Made by a program: the position numbers and the translations under genes
The notes under the pieces: generated by a model
Databases searched by the model: none
Seen by the model: only the letters and a program-made list of their open reading frames with translations
What the model was told of the DNA's origin: nothing
Part shown: positions 19,253 through 31,167 of the stretch, piece after piece
How positions within the stretch are numbered: the first letter of the stretch is position 1
How the letters are laid out: the number at the start of each line of letters is the position of its first letter
Assembly (NCBI GenBank): GCA_963736655.1
Contig: CAVTPM010000015.1
Coordinates: 1,369,755 to 1,433,754, forward strand
Reading direction: 5' to 3'
Source: an uncultured Actinomycetota bacterium
GTDB lineage: Bacteria; Actinomycetota; Actinomycetes; DATJPE01
Length of the DNA stretch: 64,000 bases

Positions 19253-22200
19253 ACCCCGCACCCGAAGCCACCGGTCTCGACGGTCCGCTGGCCGACGCCC
19301 TCCTGCAGACCGGCCGCTTCTTCAGCCGGTGGGACGAGTCCGACGACAAGCGCGTCGTCTACCGGGAGGGCGGCCGCAAGGGCGACGTGTTCTACCGCGA
19401 CCGCTGGAGCCACGACAAGGTCGTACGTTCCACGCACGGCGTGAACTGCACCGGTTCGTGCTCCTGGAAGGTCTACGTCAAGGACGGGATCATCACGTGG
19501 GAGACCCAGCAGACCGACTACCCCTCGGTCGGCCCTGACAGCCCGGAGTACGAGCCTCGCGGCTGCCCCCGAGGGGCCGCCTTCAGCTGGTACACCTACT
19601 CCCCGACGCGGGTGCGCTACCCCTACGTCCGCGGCGTCCTCGTGGAGATGTACCGCGAAGCCAAGGCGCGCCTCGGAGATCCCGTCCTCGCCTGGGCCGA
19701 CGTCGTCGGTGACCCCGAGCGGCGCCGCCGCTACCAGCAGGCGCGCGGCAAGGGCGGGCTGGTGCGCACCTCGTGGGAGGAGGCGGTCGAGATCGTCGCG
19801 GCCGTCCCACGTGCACACCATCAAGACCTACGGCCCCGACCGCTGTGCCGGCTTCTCGCCCATCCCGGCCATGTCGATCGTCTCGCACTGCGTGGGCACC
19901 CGGTTCATCCAGCTCATCGGCGGCGTGATGACGTCGTTCTACGACTGGTACGCCGACCTGCCCGTCGCCAGCCCGCAGGTCTTCGGCGACCAGACCGACG
20001 TCCCCGAGTCGGGCGACTGGTGGGACTCGACGTACCTGATGATGTGGGGCTCCAACGTGCCGGTCACGCGCACCCCCGACGCGCACTGGATGGCCGAGGT
20101 CCGCTACCGCGGCACCAAGGTGGTCACCGTCAGCCCCGACTACGCCGACAACACGAAGTTCGCCGACGAGTGGCTGCCCGCCCAGGCGGGCACCGATGCG
20201 GCGCTGGCGATGGCGATGGGGCAGGTGATCCTGCGCGAGTTCCTCGTCGACCGCGAGGTGCCGTTCTTCCGCGACTACGTCCGGACCTACACCGACCTGC
20301 CCTTCCTCGTCCGGCTCGACCGAGCGCGACGGCGCGCTACGTCCCGGCCAAGAACCTGATGGCGGCCGACCTCGGCGACGACAGCGAAGGCGCCGAGTGG
20401 AAGACCGTGCTGCTCGACTCGGTGACCGGCGACGCCGGTCGTGCCCAACGGCACCATGGGCTTCCGCTACACCGACTCCGGCGTGGGCAAGTGGAATCTC
20501 GACCTCGAAGGCATCACCCCGGCGCTGTCGTGCGCCGAGCTCTCCGAGCCCGGTGCCGGTGAGTCCGTCGAGGTGCTGCTTCCCTGCTTCGAGGCCCCCG
20601 ACGGCTCGGGAACGGTGCTGCGCCGCGGCGTCCCTGTCCGTCGCGTCGGCGACCACCTGGTGACGACGGTCTTCGACCTGATGCTCGCGCAGTACGGCGT
20701 CGGACGCGACGGGCCTGCCCGGTGAGTGGCCGACCGGCTACGACGACGCGACCAGCCCGTACACCCCGGCCTGGCAGGAGGAGATCACCAGCGTCCCTGC
20801 CGAGGCCTGCATCCGGATCGCACGCGAGTTCGCGACCAACGCCGAGGAGTCCGGCGGCCGGTCGATGATCATCATGGGCGCCGGGATCTGCCAGTGGTTC
20901 CACGGCGATGCCACCTACCGCGCGATCCTGTCGCTGCTCATGCTCACCGGCTGCATGGGCCGCAACGGCGGCGGCTGGGCCCACTACGTCGGCCAGGAGA
21001 AGTGCCGGCCCGATCACCGGCTGGCTCTCGCTGGCCAACGCGCTCGACTGGTCGCGGCCGCCGCGCACGATGATCGGCACGGCCTACTGGTACATGCACA
21101 CCGACCAGTGGCGCTTCGACGGCTACCGCGCCGACGCCCTGGCCTCGCCGCTGGCCGAGGGACACCTCGCCGACATGCACACGGCTGACACGATCGCCCA
21201 GTCGGCGCGGCTGGGCTGGATGCCGTTCTACCCGCAGTTCGACCGCAACCCCCTCGACCTCGCGGACGAGGCCGTCGCCGCCAACGCGGACGGCACCCGT
21301 CGACCACGTGGTCGAGGAGCTCGTGCAGGGGCGGCTGAAGTTCGCCGTCGACGACGTGGACGCGCCGGAGAACTGGCCGCGCACCCTCGTGCTGTGGCGG
21401 GCCAACCTGCTCGGCTCGTCGAGCCAAGGGCAACGAGTACTTCCTCAAGCACCTGCTCGGCACGCACTCCAACCTGATGGCCGAGGAGGACGCCGAGGAC
21501 ATCCGGCCCACCGAGGTGACCTGGCACGACGACATCCCCGAGGGCAAGCTCGACCTGCTGGTCAGCGCCGACTTCCGGATGACGTCGACGACCCTGCTGT
21601 CCGACGTCGTGTTCCCGGCCGCCACCTGGTACGAGAAGCACGACCTCTCGACCACCGACATGCACCCGTTCGTGCACGCCTTCAGCCCGGCGATCGACCC
21701 GCCGTGGGAGGCCAAGAGCGACTTCGAGACCTTCCACCTGATCGCCCAGAAGCTGTCGGACCTGGCGCGCACGCACCTCGGCGTCCGCCACGACCTGGTC
21801 AGCGTCCCGATGCAGCACGACACCCCGGGCGAGACCTCTCAGCCCGGCGGCGTGGTCCGCGACTGGCGGCGCGGCGACGTCGCCGCGATCCCCGGGAAGA
21901 CCATGCCGAGCCTGCAGATCGTCGAGCGCGACTACACGACCATCGCGGACAAGCTGGCCGCCATCGGTCCGCTCGCCGACAAGCTCGGCTTCACGGTCAA
22001 GAACGTCACCTACCGGGTCGAGGGGGAGATCGAGCGGCTCAAGCGCCTCAACGGCGTCATGCTCGGCGGCGCGGCGGACGGCCGGCCGGCGATCGACACC
22101 GACATCAAGATGGCCGAGGCGATGCTGTCGCTTCTCCGGCACCACCAACGGCGCGCTGGCCGTGCAGGGCTTCCGCACCCTCGAGAAGCGCGTGGGCAAG

Positions 22201-22964
22201 CCGCTCGCCGACCTCGCCGAGGGCACCGAGGAGAAGCGGATCACCTTCGCCGACACCCAGGCGCGGCCCGGTTCCGGTGATCACCTCGCCGGAGTGGTCC
22301 GGCTCGGAGACCGGCGGTCGTCGCTACGCGCCGTTCACCGTCAACGTCGAGCGGCTCAAGCCCTGGCACACGCTGACCGGCCGGATGCACTTCTTCCTCG
22401 ACCACGACTGGATGCGCGACCTCGGCGAGGCGCTGCCGATCTACCGACCGCCGCTCGACATGCACCGGCTCTTCGGCGAGCCCATGCTCGGCCTCGACGG
22501 CAGCAAGCAGGTGACGGTGCGCTACCTGACGCCGCACTCGAAGTGGTCGATCCACTCGGAGTACCAGGACAACCTGTTCATGCTCGCGCTCTCCCGCGGC
22601 GGCCCGACCGTGCTGGATGAGCCCGGCCGACGCCGCGTCGATCGAGGTCAAGGACAACGACTGGATCGAGTGCGTGAACGCCAACGGGGTGCTGGTGTGC
22701 CGGGCGATCGTCAGCCACCGGATGCCGGACGGCGTCGTCTACGTGCACCACGCCCAGGAGCGCACGATCGACGTGCCCAAGTCGGAGACGACCGGCCGCC
22801 GCGGCGGCATCCACAACTCGATCACCCGGCTGCTGGTCAAGCCGACGCACCTGATCGGCGGCTACGCCCAGCTGTCCTACGCGTTCAACTACCTCGGCCC
22901 GACCGGCAACCAGCGCGACATGGTCGCCACGATCCGCCGCCGGTCGCAGGAGGTGACGTACTGA
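19249..22964 (+). CDS. narG: respiratory nitrate reductase alpha subunit (many frameshifts)
   Basis: RSTHGVNCTGSCSW, PRGCPRGAAFSWY, SFYDWYADLP, GGGWAHYVGQEK, LLSDVVFPAATWYEKHDL, LTPHSKWSIHSEY, GPTGNQRD pieces in successive frames. Confidence 0.95.
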
Positions 22965-24631
22965 ATGCGCTAGTGATGGCCCAGATGGGCATGGTGATGA
23001 ACCTCGACAAGTGCATCGGGTGCCACACCTGCTCGGTGACCTGCAAGCAGGCGTGGACCAACCGCGCGGGCATCGAGTACGTCTGGTTCAACAACGTCGA
23101 GACCCGACCGGGGCAGGGATACCCGCGGCGCCACGAGGACCAGGAGACCTGGCGCGGGCGGCTGGACGCTCAACCGCAGGGGCCGGCTCACGCTGCAAGG
23201 CCGGTGGCCGGTTCAAGAAGCTGCTGGGGATCTTCGCCAGCCCGGTGCAGCCCAAGCTCGAGGACTACTACGAGCCGTGGACCTACGACTACGAGACGCT
23301 CGTCGATGCGCCCCTGGGCGACGACTTCCCGGTCGCCCGGCCCAAGTCGCTGATCACCGGCGAGGACATGAAGATCACGCTGGTCGGCGAACTGGGACGA
23401 CAACCTCGGCGGCGCCACCGAGATGGGTCACCTCGACCCGATCGTGGAGAAGGTGCGCAAGGACTCCGAGGACAAGATCCAGTTCGAGTTCGAGCAGACC
23501 TTCATGTTCTACCTGCCGCGGATCTGCGAGCACTGCCTCAACCCGTCCTGCGTGGCGTCCTGCCCGTCCGGCGCGATCTACAAGCGCGGCGAGGACGGGA
23601 TCGTCCTGGTCGACCAGGACCGGTGCCGCGGCTGGCGGCAGTGCATCACCGGCTGCCCGTACAAGAAGATCTACTTCAACCACAAGACCGGCAAGGCCGA
23701 GAAGTGCACGTTCTGCTACCCGCGGATCGAGGTGGGACTGCCGACGGTGTGCTCGGAGACCTGCGTCGGACGGCTGCGCTACCTCGGCCTGTTCCTCTAC
23801 GACGCCGACCGCGTCACGGCGGCCGCGTCAGCGACCGACGAGCACGACCTCTACGAGGCCCAGCTGGACCTGCTGCTCGACCCCAACGACCCCGACGTGG
23901 TGGCCGCGGCCCGGGCGCAGGGCATCCCCGAAGACTGGATGGACGCCGCTCGGCGCTCGCCCGTCTACGCCCTGGCCAAGATCTACCGGGTCGCGCTGCC
24001 GCTGCACCCGGAGTACCGCACGATGCCGATGGTCTGGTACGTCCCGCCGCTGTCGCCCGTGGTGGACCTGCTGCGCGAGCAGGGCCACGACGCCGAGAGC
24101 CCGGGCACCTTGTTCGGCGCCATCGACGCGCTGCGCATCCCGGTCGAGTACCTCGCCGAGCTGTTCACCGCCGGAGACACGGCGACCGTCACCGCGGTGC
24201 TGCGCCAGCTGGCCGCCATGCGGGCGTACATGCGCGACATCACCCTCGGCCGCGAGCCCGACGACGCGATCCCCGACTCGGTGGGCATGACGGCGCGAGC
24301 ATGTACGCGATGTACCGCCTGATGGCGATCGCGAAGTACGAGGACCGCTACGTCGTCCCGACGGCGCACGAGGAGCAGGCCCACGAGCTCGAGGAGCTGG
24401 GCTGCTCGCTGGACTTCGACGAAGGGCCGGGAATGTACGAGTCGGGATCCTTCGGCGAGGCCAGCGGGCGCCCCGTGCCCGTCGCCGTCGAGACCTTCCA
24501 CGCGCTCAAGCAGCGCCAGACCTCCGAGGGGATCTCACCCCCGACATCGATGCGCGGGCGGGTCAACCTGCTCAACTGGGACGGCATCGGCACCCCCGAA
24601 GGCGTGTTCCCGCCCGAAGGACGAGTCGTGA
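22965..24631 (+). CDS. narH: nitrate reductase beta subunit (frameshifted)
   Basis: MNLDKCIGCHTCSVTCK, YLPRICEHCLNPSCVASCPSG, CRGWRQCITGCPYKK, AEKCTFCYPR, YRTMPMVWYVPPLSP. Confidence 0.95.
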
Positions 24632-25297
24632 ATCGCCGCGGCCCGCGCCGGACCGAAGCACACGACACGAGAGTCGTCCACCAGGTGGCGTCCTGGTGCC
24701 TCGCCTACCCGACCGACGACCTGGTCGATCGGATCCCGCTGCTGCGCGCCGCGACGGCGTCGCTGCCTCCGAGCGACGTCCGAGACGGCCTCGAGCGCTT
24801 CCTCGACCATCTGACCGAGACGCCGATCGGTCAGCTGCAAAGCGCACTACGTCGACGTCTTCGACCTCTCCCGCAAGCACGCGCTGTACCTGTCGTACTG
24901 GACCGACGGGGACACCCGCCGTCGCGGCGAGGTCCTGCTGGCCTTCAAGGAGCGCTACCGGGCCAGCGGGTTCCTCGTCGACACCCATGGCGAGCTGACC
25001 GACTACCTGCCGCTGGTGCTCGAGTACGCCGCGCTGGCCGACCCCACGGACGGGCTCGCACTGCTCCAGGAGTACCGCGCCAGCCTCGAGCTGCTCCGGT
25101 TCGGCCTCCTCGAGTCGGACGTGACCTACGCCGCGCTCGTCACTGCCGTCTGCAGCACCCTGCCGGGGACGTCACCGGTGGACCGCGCCGCTGTGCACGC
25201 GATGGCTGCAGCCGGGCCCCCGCAGGAGGACGTCGGCCTCGAGCCCTACGACCCACGACTGCTGCCGCTGTCCACAACTGCCGGAGGAACGCGATGA
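24628..25297 (+). CDS. narJ: nitrate reductase molybdenum cofactor assembly chaperone (frameshift near 24845)
   Basis: ASWCLAYP, YVDVFDLSRKHALYLSYW, ELTDYLPLVLEY; GTGA and ATGA overlaps with neighbours. Confidence 0.88.
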
Positions 25298-26043
25298 ACG
25301 TCCTGCTCTGGGGCGTGCTGCCCTACGTCGTGCTCGCGCTCCTCGTCGGGGGCACCCTCTGGCGCTACCGCTACGACCAGTTCGGCTGGACCACACGCTC
25401 GTCCCAGCTCTACGAGTCGCGGCTGCTGCGCATCGGCTCGCCGTTGTTCCACTTCGGCCTGGTGTTCGTGCTCGTCGGTCACATCGTCGGGCTGGTGATC
25501 CCGAAGTCGTGGACCGAGGCGCTCGGGGTCAGCCAGACCCTCTACCACGTCAACGCGCTGGTGGTCGGCGGCCTCGCGGGCGTCTGCACGCTCCTCGGCG
25601 TATCGATCCTCGTCTACCGCCGGCGGACGACCGGGACCGGTCTTCATGGCGACCACCCGCAACGACAAGGCGATGTACGTCGCGCTCGTCGGCGGCCATC
25701 GTGCTCGGGCTGTTCGCCACCCTGGCCGGCTCGGGCGTGGTCGGCGAGGAGCACAACTACCGGGAGACGGTGTCCGTGTGGTTCCGCTCCCTCTTCGTCC
25801 TCCAACCCGACGTCGACGCCATGGCCGCGGCGCCGTGGACCTTCCACGTGCACGTGCTGGTCGGCCATGCTGCTGTTCGCGATCTGGCCGTTCACCCGGC
25901 TGGTGCACGCCTTCACGGCTCCGCTGCACTACCTCTTCCGCCCCTACATCGTCTACCGGAGCCGAGACGACCGACCCGGCCCAGGCAACGCCGCCCCGCG
26001 GCGCGGCTGGGCGCCCGTGGGCACCAAGGACCGGGATCGCTGA
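25294..26043 (+). CDS. narI: nitrate reductase gamma subunit (frameshifted)
   Basis: LWGVLPY, RYRYDQFGWTTRSSQLYE, GSPLFHFG, WPFTRLVHAF. Confidence 0.92.
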   Translation: MNVLLWGVLPYVVLALLVGGTLWRYRYDQFGWTTRSSQLYESRLLRIGSPLFHFGLVFVLVGHIVGLVIPKSWTEALGVSQTLYHVNALVVGGLAGVCTLLGVSILVYRRRTTGTGLHGDHPQRQGDVRRARRRPSCSGCSPPWPARAWSARSTTTGRRCPCGSAPSSSSNPTSTPWPRRRGPSTCTCWSAMLLFAIWPFTRLVHAFTAPLHYLFRPYIVYRSRDDRPGPGNAAPRRGWAPVGTKDRDR

Positions 26044-26156
26044 CCGCGCACGCCGAGCGAGTCGCGGGCGACACGCGGGCGCGGGTGACCGGGAAGCGAG
26101 TCCGGGGCCGCGATACTCCTCCCAGACGCTGCTCTGCCCCCGACGAGGAGGTCGCC

Positions 26157-26645
26157 GTGCGCGTCCGTGCGATCATCGCCAAGCTCAGCCCCAGCCAGCC
26201 ACCAAGGCCCCAGCCGCCTGAGGCTTTCACGGTCATGCACTCCGCCGACCTCGACGTGCACCTCGCCGGGGTGGCTCGCCCGCCTTCCTCGCTCCCCCCG
26301 TGGCCGACTGCCACCTGGGATCGACACGAGCACGCCCGCTCGTCAGAGCCTTCGCGACTCGCCGGGATCCTGCTGGAGACGCACCCGGCCTTCGTCGAGC
26401 CGACCTGCGACGACCGTCACTGGATGCAGGTCGAGCTCGCGGAAGCCATGGCCATGGAGTGGCTGGCCATCGGCTTCACACCCTCCAGCGCAGGTCGTTG
26501 GGCCAGCGCCCAGCCGGGGATCAGCAGCCGGCAGGCGCGTGAGCTCGCCGACGCTGGCCTCGAGCCCGGCGACCCCATGCTGGTCGAGGCCCCCCGGACG
26601 ATCGATCTGAGGGCCCGGCAGACCGACGTACCTGCCACCGGCTAG
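26157..26645 (+). CDS. hypothetical protein
   Basis: GAGGAGG RBS before GTG 26157; open to a TAG at 26645; no recognised family. Confidence 0.5.
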   Translation: MRVRAIIAKLSPSQPPRPQPPEAFTVMHSADLDVHLAGVARPPSSLPPWPTATWDRHEHARSSEPSRLAGILLETHPAFVEPTCDDRHWMQVELAEAMAMEWLAIGFTPSSAGRWASAQPGISSRQARELADAGLEPGDPMLVEAPRTIDLRARQTDVPATG

Positions 26646-26647
26646 CG

Positions 26648-27317
26648 CTACGTGGGAAGGATGTTGATCGCCCGCGCGAGGACGAGCACGGCGACCAGGA
26701 GCGAGACCATCGACTCGGCCATCAGGAGCAGCTTGGCCCAGGGCCGTACGGCTGCGACATCGGTGGGGCTGAAGGCCATCGCGGTGTTGAACGACAGCGC
26801 CAGGTAGTCGACGAAGCGCGGGAACCATCCCGGTTCGACCAGCTCAGGGTTCGTGTACTCCGGGAAGATGAAGCCGACCGGGTGGTTGGGCGAACCGTTC
26901 GCCCGCGCGGCCGCTCCGCCGGCATCCAGGTCCCAGTACCAGAGCGCGAAGGTCAGCACGTTGGTGACCCACACCACGCCTCCGACCCGGAGCAGGTCGG
27001 GAGCCGTGCTGAACGATAGCGTTCTCGAGGATCCCGATGACGAGGCGACCGACCGCGACCGCGTTCGTGACGGCGATCAGGCCGATCATGAGCTCGGTGG
27101 TGACCCGCAGCCAGGGGCGCTCCCGGTCGACCCGGCCGGGGTCGCCGATGATGAGCACGGCCAAGAAGGCCAGGAGCAGAGCCTGGAAGACCCACCCCGG
27201 CGCGAGGGTGAACCCGTCAGGCAGCGCCTTGTGCAGGGCACCGACCGCCACGACCGCGAGGGCCATCGGCCAGCGACGTTCCCGCCTGCCGCCGGCGGAC
27301 GTCTCAGCAGCAGCCAT
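26648..27317 (-). CDS. DUF1345-like membrane protein (frameshift near 27010)
   Basis: WVTNVLTFALWYWDLDAGG, FVDYLALSFNTAMAFSPTDV, MAESMVSL..LARAINIL. Confidence 0.82.
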
Positions 27318-27339
27318 GAGGGCCCCCGTCGGCACGCGT

Positions 27340-27964
27340 TCAGGTGCAGGGCCCGCGTCGGGTCGACGGCGGAGCGGAAGGAACCGCCACGGGGGCGGAC
27401 CTCGAAGTGCAGGTGCGGACCGTCGGGGGCGCCAAGGCGGTCGGAGCGCGCCACCAGCTGGCCCGTCGAGACCCTTTCCCCCGCGGAGACGTAGACGACC
27501 CCCACGTGGCCGAGCACGTAGTCGCGGCGCTCGGTGCGGATCAGGAACGCCTTGGGCCCGTAGGCGCTGCCGAGCGTGCCCTTGACGACCCTCCCGGTCA
27601 CGTTGCTGAAGATCGGGGTGCCGCGCGGCATGTCGACATCGATGCCGTGGTGCACACCACCGCGATAGCCGCAGGATGCGACGCGCGGGTAGTACGGCGC
27701 CGGCGTGCAGCCGAAGGGGATCGTCACGCGATGGGCGCCACCGAACCAAGGACTCCGGTAGCACGTCCGATCACGAGTCCAATAGCGCGGCACCCCGCCG
27801 ACGGTCGCCGGGCCGGACGGGCACGGGGTCACGACGACAGCCGCCGCAGCACGAGTCGGAGCCAGTGTCGTCGCCGGCACCCACCAGAACACGACGGCGA
27901 CCAGAGGAAGTAGTCCGAGCGCCGAGACGAGCGGTGGACCGCGGCATGAGGTGTTGTCTATCAC
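27340..27964 (-). CDS. secreted M23 family metallopeptidase (ends uncertain)
   Basis: HHGIDVDMPRGTPI (HxxxD), LGH, GPHLHFEVR (HxH); signal-like N-terminus. Confidence 0.82.
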
Positions 27965-28028
27965 GCCGTGACCGGCGGGCGGTCGTCCTGCCGGGCAGAC
28001 CCGGTCCCGCGCACGTAGGGTCGTCTGC

Positions 28029-29036
28029 ATGCTTGAGATCACCGGCACCGAGTGGGCCATCACCTTGGGGCTCATCCTCGGCTTGTTCCTCCTCGACCTG
28101 TTGATCTCCGGACGCCGCCCCCACGCAGTCGGCTTCGGGGAGGCCATCGGCTGGTCGATCTTCTACATCGGTGCCGCGATCGCCTTCGGCGTCGCGTTCG
28201 GTCAGCTCAAGGGCTGGGACTACGGGGCGGAGTACTTCGCCGGCTACCTCGTCGAGAAGTCCCTGAGCGTCGACAACCTCTTCGTCTTCGTCATCATCTT
28301 CGCGACCTTCGCCGTGCCCGAGAAGCACCAGCACAAGATCCTCACCTTCGGCATCCTGCTGGCTCTGGTGCTGCGGGCCGCGTTCATCGCCGTCGGCGCC
28401 GCACTCCTCTCGGCCTTCAGCTTCATGTTCCTGGTCTTCGGGCTCATCCTCATCGTCACCGCCGTGAAGCTCTTCCAGCACCGTGACGAGGATCCGACGG
28501 TCGAGGACAACGGCCTGGTGCGGCTGACCCGCCGCGTCCTTCCTGTCACCGACACCTACGACGAGGGCCGGCTCATCACGAAGGTGGACGGCCGACGGGT
28601 CTTCACCCCGCTGTTCGTCGTCCTCGTCGCGGTCGGGAGCACCGACCTCCTGTTCGCCCTGGACTCGATCCCGGCAGTGTTCGGCGTGACGGAGTCGGCC
28701 TACATCGTCTTCGTGGCCAACGCCTTCGCCCTGCTCGGGCTGCGGGCCTTGTTCTTCCTGGTGAAGGGCCTGCTCGACCGGCTGGTCTACCTGTCGACCG
28801 GACTGGCGATCATCCTGGCCTTCATCGGGGTGAAGCTGGTCCTGCACTGGGGCCACAAGGACATCAGCTCGGACATCCCCGAGATCTCGACCGCGACCTC
28901 GCTCATCGTCATCGCGATCATCCTGGTCGTCACGACGATCGCCAGCCTGATCAAGGCACGCAAGGACCCGAGCGCGCGGGCTCACCCCGGATCGCTGCGT
29001 GCACACCCCGACGAGGGCTCAGCGGCCCGCGAGTAG
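28029..29036 (+). CDS. TerC/Alx family metal homeostasis membrane protein
   Basis: EYFAGYLVEKSLSVDNLFVF, DLLFALDSIPAVFG, NAFALLGLRALFF. Confidence 0.93.
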   Translation: MLEITGTEWAITLGLILGLFLLDLLISGRRPHAVGFGEAIGWSIFYIGAAIAFGVAFGQLKGWDYGAEYFAGYLVEKSLSVDNLFVFVIIFATFAVPEKHQHKILTFGILLALVLRAAFIAVGAALLSAFSFMFLVFGLILIVTAVKLFQHRDEDPTVEDNGLVRLTRRVLPVTDTYDEGRLITKVDGRRVFTPLFVVLVAVGSTDLLFALDSIPAVFGVTESAYIVFVANAFALLGLRALFFLVKGLLDRLVYLSTGLAIILAFIGVKLVLHWGHKDISSDIPEISTATSLIVIAIILVVTTIASLIKARKDPSARAHPGSLRAHPDEGSAARE

Positions 29037-29076
29037 GCCACGTGCTCCCGCGTGGGCGGCCCCGCGATCGGGGTGA

Positions 29077-29865
29077 CTACGTCATCTGCTGGGACCAGGC
29101 CGCCCCGGGCCCGGTGTTGTCCAGCCCGCCGTCGACCAGGAGGGTCGCTCCCGTCACGTAGTCGCCAGCCGGTGACACGAGGTAGGTGATGGCGTGCGCC
29201 ACGTCCTCAGGGGTGCCGAGCCGACCGGCCGGCAGCACGGACGCGACGCTGTCGGGCGTCAGCCCGTACCGCTCCCACGCCTCGGTGTGAATGATCCCGG
29301 GAGCCACGCAGTTGAGCCGGATGCCATAGCGGCCCCACTCGACGGCCATCGTCCGGGTCATGTTCTCGACACCCGCCCGAGCCGCCGCCGAGTGCGCCAT
29401 GCCCGGCATGGCCCGCCGCGGGCTGATCACCACCGACACGACCTTGCCGTAGCCGCCTGCGACCATCCACCGGTTCGCGACGTTGGTGGTGAGGTTCCAG
29501 ACGGCATCGAGGTTGAGACGGGTCACCGCGCGGAACCCGTTGAGCGAGATGCCCTCGGCAGGACTCACGAACTGGCCGCCCGCGTTGTTGACGAGGGTGT
29601 CGACGGGCCCGAGCTCAGCGCCGATCCGGTCGAGCACCGCGTCGACCAGCTCGGGCTCGCGCACATCGACCGGGTACGAGCTGACGCGGCCAGCGCCCGT
29701 GGCCCGGGCGACGGTCTCGTCGAGGGTCTCGGTCCTGCGGCCCAGGACGGCCACCTGGCAACCGAGACTGGCGAGCTCGAGAGCTGTGGCTCGGCCGATC
29801 CCCGAGCCGCCGCCGGTCACCACGGCGACCCGGCCGTCGAGCAGTCCTGGGGCGAAGAGCGTCAT
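29077..29865 (-). CDS. SDR family oxidoreductase (trans-2-enoyl/2,4-dienoyl-CoA reductase-like)
   Basis: TGGGSGIG, LVNNAGGQF, HSAAARAGVENMTRT, NCVAPG. Confidence 0.9.
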   Translation of the reverse strand: MTLFAPGLLDGRVAVVTGGGSGIGRATALELASLGCQVAVLGRRTETLDETVARATGAGRVSSYPVDVREPELVDAVLDRIGAELGPVDTLVNNAGGQFVSPAEGISLNGFRAVTRLNLDAVWNLTTNVANRWMVAGGYGKVVSVVISPRRAMPGMAHSAAARAGVENMTRTMAVEWGRYGIRLNCVAPGIIHTEAWERYGLTPDSVASVLPAGRLGTPEDVAHAITYLVSPAGDYVTGATLLVDGGLDNTGPGAAWSQQMT

Positions 29866-29878
29866 CTGGGCACCTGAT

Positions 29879-31115
29879 TCATCCGGCTGACGAGAGGGAG
29901 TCGAGGGCCTCGGTGATCGCGGTCGCCAGCACGGACAGCTGACGCTCCTCGACCACGAGAGCGGGTGAGATCTGCAACGCCCCGGTGACGATGCCCCGAG
30001 TCAGCACCTGACGCTCGCGCAGGGCGGCCACAGCGGCGGGAACGTGCGCCGCATCCTTCAGCTGCACGGCCGCGAGCAGGCCCGTACCAGCACGGACGTC
30101 GGCAACCTGAAGGGTGGTCGCGGAGCGGCTCGAGCGCCTGGGCGAGCACCGACTCCATGGCCAGCGCGCGTTCAGGGAGTCGCTCGACCGCCATCAGGTC
30201 GAGGTTGGCCAGGGCGGCCGCTGCTGCCACGGCATGCCCCGAGTAGGTGTACCCGTGGCGCCAGACACCGGCGCTCGCCCAGAACGGCTCCCACACGCTC
30301 GGTGCCGCGATCACGGCGCCGAGCGGTACGTACCCGCTCGTGATGCCCTTGGCCACGAGCAGGAGATCGGGTTCGAGGCCGTACCGTCCCGAGGCGAACC
30401 AGTCGCCCAGCCGACCGAACCCGCAGATGACCTCGTCGGCGACGAAGAGCACGGCTCGTGCGCGGCACGCCTCACGGGCAGCCCGGAGGTAGTCCTCCCC
30501 GGCAGCGAAGACCCCTCCCGCCCCGATGACCGGTTCGCAGAAGAACGCGACCGCCCTGCCATCGAGCCGGTCCAGGGTCTCGGCCAGCGCGTCAGCGTCG
30601 TCCCAGGGGACCCGGACGACGTCGGGGTCAAGGGCGCCGTAGCCCGCTTGGTTGTCGTCGATACCCGCGAGCGCCGTGCCCGCGAGGTGCATGCCGTGGT
30701 ACGCCCGATCGCGGACGACGATGACGCGCCGTTCGGGGTGCCCGACCAGATCGGCATGCTTGCGCACCATCTTCACGGCGGTGTCGACGGAGTCCGACCC
30801 CCCGGACGTGAAGAACACCTTGCTGTCCGGCACCGGCGCCAGCCCGGCCACCCGTTCGGCCAGGGCCAGCGCGGGAGCATTGGCGACGTCTCCGAACGTC
30901 GAGTGCGCTGCCAGGCGCTCCGCCTGCTCGGCAGCCGCCTGCGCGATGGGCCGCCGTCCGTGCCCGACGTTCGCGAACCAGAGGCCGGCCGTCGCGTCGA
31001 GGTAGCTGCGCCCGGAGGCGTCCCACACCGTGCACCCGATACCTCGGGTGAGGACCAGCTCGCCCGACGCCTCGACCGAAGCCATGTCCGCGAACGGGTG
31101 CCACAGCGCGGTCAT
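29879..31115 (-). CDS. class III PLP aminotransferase (frameshift near 30110)
   Basis: LWHPFADM, YLDATAGLW, FTSGGSDSVDTAVK, AYHG, EPVIGAGG, DEVICGFGRLG, AKGITSGYVPLG, HGYTYSGH. Confidence 0.9.
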
Positions 31116-31167
31116 CCCTCGACGCTACCGTTGCGCCCGCCGACCTCTTGGGAGGTGGGGCGAGGTG

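Noticed and set aside
23011-26043. 1010-aa ORF suggesting a NarH-NarJ-NarI fusion
   Set aside because: The frame wanders in and out of true coding segments; GTGA/ATGA overlaps at 24628 and 25294 show separate genes, so it is an indel artefact.
17779-26645. tRNA-Arg as the integration site of a nar island
   Set aside because: I saw no integrase and no duplicated tRNA 3' end downstream, and composition matches the host.
27890-28029. yybP-ykoY manganese riboswitch upstream of TerC/Alx
   Set aside because: Expected from context, but I could not recognise the conserved motifs, and the region overlaps the divergent M23 gene start.
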